From Deferribacteres bacterium (GTDB lineage: Bacteria > Thermosulfidibacterota > Thermosulfidibacteria > Thermosulfidibacterales > Thermosulfidibacteraceae), in contig JAADEW010000018.1 in assembly GCA_013153205.1 (NCBI GenBank), forward strand, positions 1-35,176: a stretch of DNA of 35,176 nucleotides, in the 5' to 3' direction. The notes under the pieces were generated by a model. That model made no database searches. It was not told where the DNA came from and saw only the letters and a list, made by a program, of their open reading frames with translations. The position numbers and the translations under genes are program-made. Positions 1 to 7,604 of the stretch are shown piece by piece. Every line of letters begins with the position of its first letter. Position 1 is the first letter of the stretch.

Positions 1-160
1 TCCGGCGCTGGCCCGCAACTGTAACCGGGGACGAAAGCCCGCTTGGTCCCGTCTTTTCGGGATGACAGGCCACTGGAGCTGGAGGGCTTTGGAAGGTTCG
101 AAGGCTCTGGGAAGGCGCGGGCGAGTAGGATGATCCGGAAGCCAGGAGACCGGCCCGAAA
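1..160 (+). promoter_or_regulatory. Cobalamin (B12) riboswitch aptamer; 5' part lies outside the window
   Basis: Conserved cobalamin-riboswitch blocks appear in the right order: CCCGCAACTGTAA (12-24), GCCACTGG (69-76), GGGAAGGCG (109-117) and the B12 box AGCCAGGAGACCGGCC (140-155). The element sits directly upstream of corrinoid transport genes. Confidence 0.85.
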
Positions 161-229
161 GTGTATTCTCCCTTTAAAAGGGGAGAGGCCCTCGAGGAGT
201 GGGGTTGATGTATATGAGGGGATTGCTGT

Positions 230-262
230 GCCCCGGCTCCTTAAGGGCGCCGGGGCTTTTTT
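230..262 (+). terminator. Intrinsic terminator acting as riboswitch expression platform
   Basis: Perfect 8-bp GC stem GCCCCGGC (230-237) / GCCGGGGC (249-256) followed by TTTTTT (257-262). The 5' arm CCGGCTCC (233-240) is also complementary to B12-box GGAGaCCGG (145-153), giving a possible antiterminator. Confidence 0.8.
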
Positions 263-351
263 ATTGCTGTGTTCTGAAGAGGTTGAGGTAGGACTGGGAT
301 AAATGTGTTGGTGTAAGATTAAGTTAAGACTAATTGATAGGAGGTGATGCT

Positions 352-1755
352 ATGAGAAAGTGGTTGGTGGTGCTTGTTCTGGTCTTTTTTCCTTTTGCCG
401 CCTTTTCCGCTGATATCTCTCAGCAGGAGCTGAGACAGCTTGCCGAAACCATTAAGGAGCTGAAGGAGAGGGTGGCGTCTCTTGAGGAAAAGCTCAAAAA
501 GTATGAGGAAAGCGGGGCAAAAGGGGCTGGTGCCGGAGATGTTGCGGAGATGGAGAAGACCCTTTCCTCCCTCAAGGAGGCTCTGGGCAGTATAAAGATT
601 TCTGCCGACATAACCATGGTGGGGCAGGGAACCATCAACAATGGGGACAACATCAGGGGTGAGGGAGATGTGCAGGACGGTGCGTGGAGCTTTGATTTTG
701 AGGTTGAATCAAAGCTCTGGAAAGGAGCAACGGCTTACATGCTTATGGAAGGAGGGCAGGGAGAGGGCGTTGAGGACGAGGTGCCTACCCTTTCCGGTTT
801 TAACGACGACGCTCCCGGAACGGAGAGTGCGCATGTGGAGGTGACCAAAGCATGGTGGGAGCAGGAGTGGGAAGGAAAATGGGGCAGTTTTGTATTTACT
901 CTGGGTAAGGTGGATATAAGCGACTATTTTGACGCAAATGATGTAGCCAACGATGAGACCACTCAGTTTCTTTCAAGCGGTTTTGTCCACAACCTCGCTG
1001 TGGAGTGGCCCGATGATAACGGTCCGGGGGCAAGGCTCACCTTTCAGCCCGGCGATACTCTCTATGTGAGTCTGGGATGGGCAGAGGCTGATGGTGATTG
1101 GGAGGACATCTTTGACGACGGATTCGGAATAGTTGAGGTGGGGCTTCACACCAAGCTTTTCGGACTTGACGGGAACTACAGGGTTTATGCGTGGGTAAAC
1201 TGCAAGGACCACCTTGACGTCTCCCACCTGAAAGATGTGGCAGAGGGGAAAAGAGCCGTGTCAGAGGTTGACGACGATAAGACCAACTGGGGAGTGGGCT
1301 TTTCCTTTGACCAGATGGTTGCGGAAAACATGAAGCTCTTTTTGAGGGGCGGTATAATGGATTCTGATGTGGTCTCTGGCAGTGTTGAGGGTGATGGGAT
1401 TTCCGTTGATACCCTTCCCATCAACGGGGCTTTAAGCTTTGGCTTTTCCGTATCCGGTGCCTGCTGGGGAAGGGCTGGCGACGAGCTGGGTGTTGCTTTC
1501 GGGGTGGTCTTCGTTGACGACGAGGCTCAGAAGTTCTACCGGAATACCGAGCTCACCGATTACTATGACTACTTCAGGAAGCCTGACAGGGTTGATATAG
1601 CCAACGAATATCACCTTGAAGCCTACTACAGGATAAGCTTCTTTGACGGAAGGCTTGAGTTTACCCCTGACTTTCAGGTGGTCTGGAATCCCAACGGCAT
1701 TGATAATGCCGATACCGTTTATGTGCTGGGAACGAGGATGCAGGTTAACTTTTAA
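352..1755 (+). CDS. Outer-membrane porin, OprB/carbohydrate-porin-like beta-barrel with N-terminal coiled coil
   Basis: GGAGGTG (340-346) precedes the ATG at 352; the track's TTG at 334 is less likely. Signal peptide MRKWLVVLVLVFFPFAAFS|AD, then a heptad-like EELRQLAETIKELKERVASLEEKLKKYEE. The remainder is rich in alternating G/D/W/Y/F, includes an OprB-like DETTQFLSSGF block, and ends in ...RMQVNF with a C-terminal Phe typical of OMPs. Confidence 0.7.
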   Translation: MRKWLVVLVLVFFPFAAFSADISQQELRQLAETIKELKERVASLEEKLKKYEESGAKGAGAGDVAEMEKTLSSLKEALGSIKISADITMVGQGTINNGDNIRGEGDVQDGAWSFDFEVESKLWKGATAYMLMEGGQGEGVEDEVPTLSGFNDDAPGTESAHVEVTKAWWEQEWEGKWGSFVFTLGKVDISDYFDANDVANDETTQFLSSGFVHNLAVEWPDDNGPGARLTFQPGDTLYVSLGWAEADGDWEDIFDDGFGIVEVGLHTKLFGLDGNYRVYAWVNCKDHLDVSHLKDVAEGKRAVSEVDDDKTNWGVGFSFDQMVAENMKLFLRGGIMDSDVVSGSVEGDGISVDTLPINGALSFGFSVSGACWGRAGDELGVAFGVVFVDDEAQKFYRNTELTDYYDYFRKPDRVDIANEYHLEAYYRISFFDGRLEFTPDFQVVWNPNGIDNADTVYVLGTRMQVNF

Positions 1756-1769
1756 AAAGGAGGTGCGCT

Positions 1770-2759
1770 ATGAGAGGGTTTAGGACTTTGGTGATTGCAG
1801 GACTGATTTTTATCTGTTTATTTAGCTTTATCCAGCCTTCGGAGGCTAAGATGGAGAGAGGGAAGGAGAAGTCGGCTATCGTTCTTGCCTTTTTCGGCAC
1901 CACTTATCCTTCCGGGTTGAAAGCGGTGGTGAATATACTCCAGACGGTCAAAAAGGCGTTTCCCAATACCGAGGTGAGGGTGACTTTCACATCAAACATC
2001 ATCAGAAGCATATGGAGAAAGAGGCAGAAAGAAGCGAAACTGTGGCTTTCCCGCGGAGTGCCCAAAGAGATTCTCTACGTTAAAGGGATACTCGCTACTA
2101 TGGACGAACTTCAGGAGAGGGGCTACAAAAACATAGTGGTTCAGTCCACGCACATATACCACATGGAACAGGTGGAGGACCTCCTCTCTTACATAAGGGC
2201 GTTGAGGTCTATTGAGACGGTCAAGGAGAGGTGGAGACCGTTTCACAAAATTGCTTTTGGCAGGCCCATCTTTGGGGGTGTGGGGGATAAATACGATTAT
2301 CACGAGGACCTGAAGAAAGCAGTTCTTACTTTGAAGGACGACGTTGAGCTTGCAAGGAGAAAGGGAGCTGTTCTCGTCTATATGGGACACGGTAATGAGT
2401 TCTGGTCCACCGGCATTTACATTGAAGCTCAAAAGATGTTCAGAAAGCTCTTTCCCGATGTGCAGGTCTTTGTTGGAACGGTGGAGGGCTTTCCCTCTCT
2501 GGATGACGTGCTCTATCTGCTGAAGACCCATGCAAAGAGCAAAAAGATTATCCTGAAGCCGCTTATGGTTGTGGCTGGAGACCATGCGCACAATGATATG
2601 GCTGGAGATGAGCCTGATTCATGGAAGAATGTTTTTGAGAAGAACGGATTTGAGGTGACCCCCATCTTTGAAGGGCTTGGGGAGAAACCGGGTATAGCAA
2701 ACATAGTGGTTGAACACATTAAAGACGCCGCAAGAGATGCCGGTATAGTTCTGAAATGA
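1770..2759 (+). CDS. cbiK: CbiK-family sirohydrochlorin cobaltochelatase homologue carrying a signal peptide (exported form)
   Basis: RBS AAGGAGG. CbiK-like blocks AIVLAFFGTTYP, YMGHGNEFW, GTVEGFPS and MVVAGDHAHNDMAGDE are present, so the His/Glu/His catalytic positions are retained. N-terminus MRGFRTLVIAGLIFICLFSFIQPSEA|K looks like a Sec signal peptide. Confidence 0.85.
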   Translation: MRGFRTLVIAGLIFICLFSFIQPSEAKMERGKEKSAIVLAFFGTTYPSGLKAVVNILQTVKKAFPNTEVRVTFTSNIIRSIWRKRQKEAKLWLSRGVPKEILYVKGILATMDELQERGYKNIVVQSTHIYHMEQVEDLLSYIRALRSIETVKERWRPFHKIAFGRPIFGGVGDKYDYHEDLKKAVLTLKDDVELARRKGAVLVYMGHGNEFWSTGIYIEAQKMFRKLFPDVQVFVGTVEGFPSLDDVLYLLKTHAKSKKIILKPLMVVAGDHAHNDMAGDEPDSWKNVFEKNGFEVTPIFEGLGEKPGIANIVVEHIKDAARDAGIVLK

Positions 2760-3604
2760 CGGAGATAGAGGTCAGGTCTTTAAGAAAGAGGTTCGGAAAT
2801 ATAGAAGCTCTGAAAGGCGTGGATTTTGAGGTTAAAAGTGGTGAGATTTTTGCCTTTCTGGGTCCCAACGGGGCGGGTAAAACCACCACCATAAACATAC
2901 TGACGGGACTCATACTGAAGTATGAAGGGGAAATCTTTTATCGGGGGGAGCCTTTCTCCCCCCACAACCTCAAGTTCAAAAAGCTGATAGGGGTTGTCCC
3001 CCAGCACAACAACGTTGACAGGGACCTGTCTGTTGAGGCAAACCTCAAGGTTCACGGATACCTTCACGGCATCTTTGGGAGGAGGCTGAAGGAGGCTATA
3101 GACCGGGTTCTGGAGTTCACCGGACTTACCAACCACAAAAAGAGAAAGGCAGACCATCTTTCAGGTGGTATGAAGAGGAGGCTGGTTATAGCGAGGGCTT
3201 TGATGCACAATCCGGGTATCCTCTTTCTGGATGAGCCTACAGTTGGACTTGACCCTGCCGTGAGAAGGAGCATGTGGGACCTGATAAGAAGCGTTAACTC
3301 GCTTAAGGGATGCACCGTGTTTCTCACCACCCACTACATAGAGGAGGCTGAAATCCTTGCGGATACGGTGGTTATAATAGACAGCGGCAGGGTGGTGGCC
3401 TGCGGAAAACCCGATGAGCTGAAGAGAAGGGTCGGCAGGTATGCCCTTGAGATTTACTACCAGGACAGGATTGAGGAGGAGTTTTTTGAAACCAGAGAGG
3501 AAGCCCTTGAAAGGCTGAAAAGCCTTGATGTGCCTGCTAAAATAAGGGAAGTTAACCTTGAGGATGTGTTCCTGAAGATAACGGGAAGGAGAATAGAGGT
3601 TTGA
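2756..3604 (+). CDS. ABC transporter ATP-binding protein (ABC-2/DrrA-like subfamily)
   Basis: Walker A GPNGAGKTT, signature LSGGMKRRL, Walker B ILFLDEPTVGLD, H-loop TTHY. ATGA overlap with the cbiK stop. Confidence 0.85.
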   Translation: MTEIEVRSLRKRFGNIEALKGVDFEVKSGEIFAFLGPNGAGKTTTINILTGLILKYEGEIFYRGEPFSPHNLKFKKLIGVVPQHNNVDRDLSVEANLKVHGYLHGIFGRRLKEAIDRVLEFTGLTNHKKRKADHLSGGMKRRLVIARALMHNPGILFLDEPTVGLDPAVRRSMWDLIRSVNSLKGCTVFLTTHYIEEAEILADTVVIIDSGRVVACGKPDELKRRVGRYALEIYYQDRIEEEFFETREEALERLKSLDVPAKIREVNLEDVFLKITGRRIEV

Positions 3605-4344
3605 AAGGGGTATGGGCGGTTTTTTACAGGGAGGTTATGTTTCTGAAGCCGAGGTTTTTAAAGGTGATGCTTTCCTCCATCATATATCCCGCTCTGTTTC
3701 TGCTTGCCTTCGGCTACGGTCTCGGGAAGAACGCCAGGGTGGGAAATCTGGATTATGTGGTCTTTCTTATTCCCGGGTTGATAACCATGAGCAGTATGAA
3801 TCAGGCTTACGGCATCTCCCTTGAGGTTCACATATCCCGCTACTACTTCAAGATATTTGAGGAGTATCTTCTTGCTCCCATTAACCGCTGGGAGATAGTG
3901 GTGGGCGAGCTTCTCTACGGAATATTCAAAGGGCTTATCCCGGCTTTCTTCATCACCCTTTATGCCCTTATTTCCGGGATTGGCATAAGGTTGAATCTGG
4001 TTTTTGCCATATGCCTGCTTCTGCATCTTATCTGCTTCTCTCTCATCGGCTATGTGATTGCCATGCTGGTCAAGTCCCATGCGGACCAGGCGGCTTTCAG
4101 CTCTTTTGTGATGGTTCCCATGATATTTCTTTCGGATACCTTTTACCCTATTGAGAAGATGCCTGCGCTGGCGAAGTACATCGGTTACCTCTTTCCCCTC
4201 ACCTATTCCACCAAACTGATAAGAGGGGCTCTTTTAGGGATAGATTCTATGGTTACTTTCAGGAATTTTGCCCTTCTGTTCACCATAACTTTTGCGCTTT
4301 TTGTAATTGCTATATGGGTGACTCAAAGGGCGGAGGTGGTGTAA
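3601..4344 (+). CDS. ABC-2 type transporter permease
   Basis: About 6 predicted TM helices and about 247 aa. N-terminal FYREVMFLKPRF is typical of ABC-2 permeases. The TTG start overlaps the stop of the upstream ATPase; start codon is uncertain. Confidence 0.75.
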   Translation: MKGVWAVFYREVMFLKPRFLKVMLSSIIYPALFLLAFGYGLGKNARVGNLDYVVFLIPGLITMSSMNQAYGISLEVHISRYYFKIFEEYLLAPINRWEIVVGELLYGIFKGLIPAFFITLYALISGIGIRLNLVFAICLLLHLICFSLIGYVIAMLVKSHADQAAFSSFVMVPMIFLSDTFYPIEKMPALAKYIGYLFPLTYSTKLIRGALLGIDSMVTFRNFALLFTITFALFVIAIWVTQRAEVV

Positions 4345-5303
4345 TTAAAAAGCGATACCTTTTTGCTCTTATCCTGCCCCTTGTAGTGGGGGGAGTCTCG
4401 CTTTTTGTGGGTTCCGTTAAGGTGAGCCCGTTTCACCTAACAGGTGAGGGGCTTTACATTCTGAAAACCTTCAGGTTTCCCAGAGTGGTATTTGCTCTCA
4501 TAAACGGTGCCCTTTTGGGGGTGAGCGGCTGTGTTTATCAGCTTATCCTGCGCAATCCCCTTGCCGATGGCTTCACCACGGGAGCCGCCGGTTCATCTGC
4601 GGTGGGAGCCGTTGTTGCCATATCACTGGGACTTCCCATAGGGTATGTGCCTGTTCTGGCGCTGGTATCAGGTCTTCTGGGTCTCTTTTTGGTTTACAGG
4701 ATTTCCTCAAGAGGGGGGCTGATAAACCCTGTTACCATGATACTTGCAGGGGTTGTGGTCAACATCATATCTTCGTCTGTAATAGGATTCCTCAAATACG
4801 CCTTTGAGGAGTCTGTTACCGCCGTTGTCTTCTGGCTTATGGGGGGCTTTTACGCGGTAAGCTATTCCAAGATAGCTTTTGCTTTTCTGGTCTTTGTAGC
4901 CGGCTTTCTCTTTCTGATTTCCAGGGGAAGCACCCTTGATGTCCTCTCCTTTGACGACCTCTCTGCTAAAAGCATGGGGGTTGATGTGGACAGAATGAGG
5001 CTTGTTCTTTTTGTGGTTTCAACCCTTTTTGTGGCGGTGAGTGTCTCCTTCTGTGGAATAATAGGCTTTGTGGGGCTGATAGTGCCTCACATTGTGAGAG
5101 CCATTTTCGGTGCGGGTATGAGGGATAATCTGCTCTTTTCCGCCTCTTTTGGAGCCTCTCTTCTATGTCTGTCCGATGCCCTTTCAAGGAGCGTCATCCC
5201 GTCAGGAGGAGAACTGCCCGTGGGTATCGTTACTTCCATTTTTGGAGGGGGATTCTTCCTCTATCTTCTCATCAGGCGGCAGAGGGAGCTCTGGCATGTA
5301 TGA
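4314..5303 (+). CDS. btuC: FecCD-family ABC permease (BtuC-like corrinoid/siderophore importer)
   Basis: Highly hydrophobic 329 aa. FecCD-like blocks RFPRVVFALINGALLGVSG, NPLADGFTTGAAG, GIIGFVGLIVPHIVR and PVGIVTSIFGGGFFLYLL. Confidence 0.8.
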   Translation: MGDSKGGGGVIKKRYLFALILPLVVGGVSLFVGSVKVSPFHLTGEGLYILKTFRFPRVVFALINGALLGVSGCVYQLILRNPLADGFTTGAAGSSAVGAVVAISLGLPIGYVPVLALVSGLLGLFLVYRISSRGGLINPVTMILAGVVVNIISSSVIGFLKYAFEESVTAVVFWLMGGFYAVSYSKIAFAFLVFVAGFLFLISRGSTLDVLSFDDLSAKSMGVDVDRMRLVLFVVSTLFVAVSVSFCGIIGFVGLIVPHIVRAIFGAGMRDNLLFSASFGASLLCLSDALSRSVIPSGGELPVGIVTSIFGGGFFLYLLIRRQRELWHV

Positions 5304-6006
5304 CTTGAGGGTGTCCGGTCTTTGCGTGGAAAGAGGTGGGTTTCGGCTTGGGCTTTCTCGCCTTTTCATAGGATACGGCGAGAAGGTGGCGGTCATGGGG
5401 GAAAACGGCTCAGGGAAGAGCACCCTGCTGCTTTCTCTGTGTGGAATGTTGTCTTTTAGGGGGGAGGTTTTATACGGTGATAAGCCTGTTTCCGCACTCT
5501 CTTTCAGGGAGAGGGCGAGGATTTTTTCCTACCTGCCGCAGAATCCGGAGATACTTTTTCCCTACACTGTTGAAGAGATAGTTTCTCTGGGATTTGACCG
5601 TTCGGATAAAGACTTTTTAAAGGAGGTTTTCAGCCTTTTTGAGCTTGAGGCAATGAAAAAAGCCAGGATAACGGAGCTTTCGGGAGGGGAGAAGAAGCGC
5701 GTTTTTATAGCAAGGGCTGTGGCTCAATCCGCTCCCATTCTCTTTCTGGATGAGCCCACATCCTCTCTTGATGTGCGGCACAGGGTGCGGTTTCTGGAGT
5801 ATTTGAAGGAATTGAAGAAGACTGTCTGTTGCGTGATGCACGATGTTAACGAAGCTTTGAGGTATTTTGACCGCTTTTTATTTTTAAAAAAGGGTGAGCT
5901 GGTGTATGATTTAAAAAAGGAGGAGGTCAATGAGGAAGTTCTTTCTGACGTTTTTGATGTTGCTGTCTCTTCTTGCCAGTGTTTCGTCTTTTCCTGCTCA
6001 CGCTAA
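5296..6006 (+). CDS. btuD: BtuD/FepC-like ABC importer ATPase
   Basis: An in-frame ATG at 5296 overlaps the btuC stop (ATGTATGA). Walker A GENGSGKST, signature LSGGEKKRV, Walker B ILFLDEPTSSLD. The track's 5149 start would overlap btuC by 155 nt and is unlikely. Confidence 0.8.
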   Translation: MYDLRVSGLCVERGGFRLGLSRLFIGYGEKVAVMGENGSGKSTLLLSLCGMLSFRGEVLYGDKPVSALSFRERARIFSYLPQNPEILFPYTVEEIVSLGFDRSDKDFLKEVFSLFELEAMKKARITELSGGEKKRVFIARAVAQSAPILFLDEPTSSLDVRHRVRFLEYLKELKKTVCCVMHDVNEALRYFDRFLFLKKGELVYDLKKEEVNEEVLSDVFDVAVSSCQCFVFSCSR

Positions 6007-6736
6007 GGTTTACAAAAGGGTTGTGGTGCTTGCTCCTGCCGCCGTTGATATTTTTGAGAAGCTTGACGCCGCAGACCTGATAGTGGGAGTTACTAAAAAT
6101 GTTAAGGGGCTTCCCCATGCAAAGAGGGTCGGGTCCCACATAAGGCCCAACCTTGAGCTGATAGCCGCGTTATCTCCGGATTTGATTGTTATATCTTCAA
6201 ACAGGTTTTTTGCTCCGGCTTTTGCGAAAAAGCTGAACGCGGATATCTTTTACTACAACCCGGTTACCCTTGAGGGTATTATCGCCAAGATAGAGGAGCT
6301 TGCGGGATTGATAGGAAGAGAGGATAAGGCTTACTCTCTGGTGAGAGAGCTTAAAAATAAGCTTTCTTCTGTCAAGCCTCTCAAAAAATCTCCCCGGGTT
6401 GTGTATGAGGTTATGGAGCATCCCCTCATCTTTGCCGGTAAGAAGAACATTGTGGCGGACATAATACAGAAGGCGGGGGGAACCTTCCTTCCAGATATTC
6501 CCAAGAAGTTTGTTAGATTTTCTTACGAGAGGATTCTGGTGTTGAAGCCAGACATATACATCTATCAGGTGGGTCCCATGAACAAGAATCCCACCCCTCC
6601 CCTCAAAAGGCCTTATCTCAAGGGGCTAAAAGCTGTCTTTTTAAGGGTCAACGAGCTTGACTTTTCCCGACCCAACACCAGAAGCTTTGATAACGTGCTC
6701 TTTCTCAACAGGGTATTTTATGAGCTGGAGGAGTAG
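5930..6736 (+). CDS. btuF: Periplasmic substrate-binding protein, class III (BtuF-like)
   Basis: RBS AGGAGGAGG. Signal peptide MRKFFLTFLMLLSLLASVSSFPAHA|K. Typical Peripla_BP_2 start RVVVLAPAAVDIFEKLDAADLIVGVT...PNLELIAALSPDLIVIS. Confidence 0.75.
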   Translation: MRKFFLTFLMLLSLLASVSSFPAHAKVYKRVVVLAPAAVDIFEKLDAADLIVGVTKNVKGLPHAKRVGSHIRPNLELIAALSPDLIVISSNRFFAPAFAKKLNADIFYYNPVTLEGIIAKIEELAGLIGREDKAYSLVRELKNKLSSVKPLKKSPRVVYEVMEHPLIFAGKKNIVADIIQKAGGTFLPDIPKKFVRFSYERILVLKPDIYIYQVGPMNKNPTPPLKRPYLKGLKAVFLRVNELDFSRPNTRSFDNVLFLNRVFYELEE

Positions 6737-6738
6737 AG

Positions 6739-7221
6739 ATGGAGAAGGCACCGCACTTTTGTCTTGAAGGCATAACGCCGGACGGAAAGGTTAAGACCAT
6801 ATGTCTGGACGAACTTCTTTCGCAAAAGCCTTTTCTGGTTCTTTACTTTTATCCTAGGGACAACACCCCCGGATGCACCAAGGAGGCTTGTGAGTTCAGG
6901 GATAACCTTTCACGCATTACCCCCTATGCCACCGTTGCCGGAATAAGTCCGGACAGCATCAAAAGCCACGAGAATTTCAGAAAGAAGCATGAGCTCAACT
7001 TTTACCTGTTGAGCGACCCTGAAAAGGAGGTGTGCAGGTTATACGGGGCATACGGGGAGAAGAAGATGTATGGCAAGGTGCGGGAGGGAGTTATAAGGTC
7101 AACCTTTATTATCTCATCCGATGGGATTATTTTAAAGAGTTGGAGAAACGTCAGGGTCAAAGGGCACGTTGACAAGGTGATTGAAGAGCTCAAAAGACTT
7201 TCGGAGGGTGAGGGTGAGTGA
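6739..7221 (+). CDS. bcp: Peroxiredoxin Bcp/PrxQ (thiol peroxidase)
   Basis: Motif YFYPRDNTPGCTKEACEFRD (peroxidatic and resolving Cys), about 160 aa. Starts 2 nt after the btuF stop. Confidence 0.85.
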   Translation: MEKAPHFCLEGITPDGKVKTICLDELLSQKPFLVLYFYPRDNTPGCTKEACEFRDNLSRITPYATVAGISPDSIKSHENFRKKHELNFYLLSDPEKEVCRLYGAYGEKKMYGKVREGVIRSTFIISSDGIILKSWRNVRVKGHVDKVIEELKRLSEGEGE

Positions 7222-7531
7222 ATTCGTGGCAGTTATGACCACCACGGATGATGAGAAGGTGGCTGAAAAAATTTGCAGAACATTGGTTGAGGAGAGGCTT
7301 GCCGCATGTGCGCAGGTTATTAAAGGCATAAAGAGCTTTTACTGGTGGGAAGGGAAGGTGGAGGAGAGTGAGGAGTTTCTGATATTTTTGAAAACAAAGG
7401 CACAGCTTCTTCCGAGGCTTGAAGAGAGGCTGAAGAGGCTTCACAATTATTCCGTTCCGGAGATAGTGGCTCTGCCTTTTGTTTCCGGTAGCAGAGAGTA
7501 TTTTGACTGGATGCTTGAGAATCTGATTTAG
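7214..7531 (+). CDS. cutA: Divalent-cation tolerance protein CutA
   Basis: CutA1 blocks [31 protein letters not shown] and [19 protein letters not shown]. Start is uncertain: GTG at 7214 follows GGAGGGTGAGG, while the track's ATG at 7181 overlaps bcp by 41 nt. Confidence 0.8.
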   Translation: MSEFVAVMTTTDDEKVAEKICRTLVEERLAACAQVIKGIKSFYWWEGKVEESEEFLIFLKTKAQLLPRLEERLKRLHNYSVPEIVALPFVSGSREYFDWMLENLI

Positions 7532-7543
7532 AGGAAATTTTTT

Positions 7544-7570
7544 TAAAGTTGGCGTAATCTTTTCCGATTT
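7544..7570 (+). promoter_or_regulatory. Putative sigma28 (FliA)-type promoter for the MCP gene
   Basis: TAAA (7544-7547), exactly 15 nt, then tCCGATtt (7563-7570), against the consensus TAAA-N15-GCCGATAA. It lies about 35 nt upstream of the MCP ATG, and the downstream gene is a chemoreceptor. Confidence 0.5.
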
Positions 7571-7604
7571 AAACTGTAAGTCCGGCGGTTGTGGAGGAAA
7601 GGGA

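Noticed and set aside
5149-5295. A longer btuD start at 5149
   Set aside because: It would overlap btuC by 155 nt. The extra 49 aa have no ABC homology, and the ATG at 5296 gives the usual about 30 aa before Walker A plus an ATG/TGA coupling overlap.
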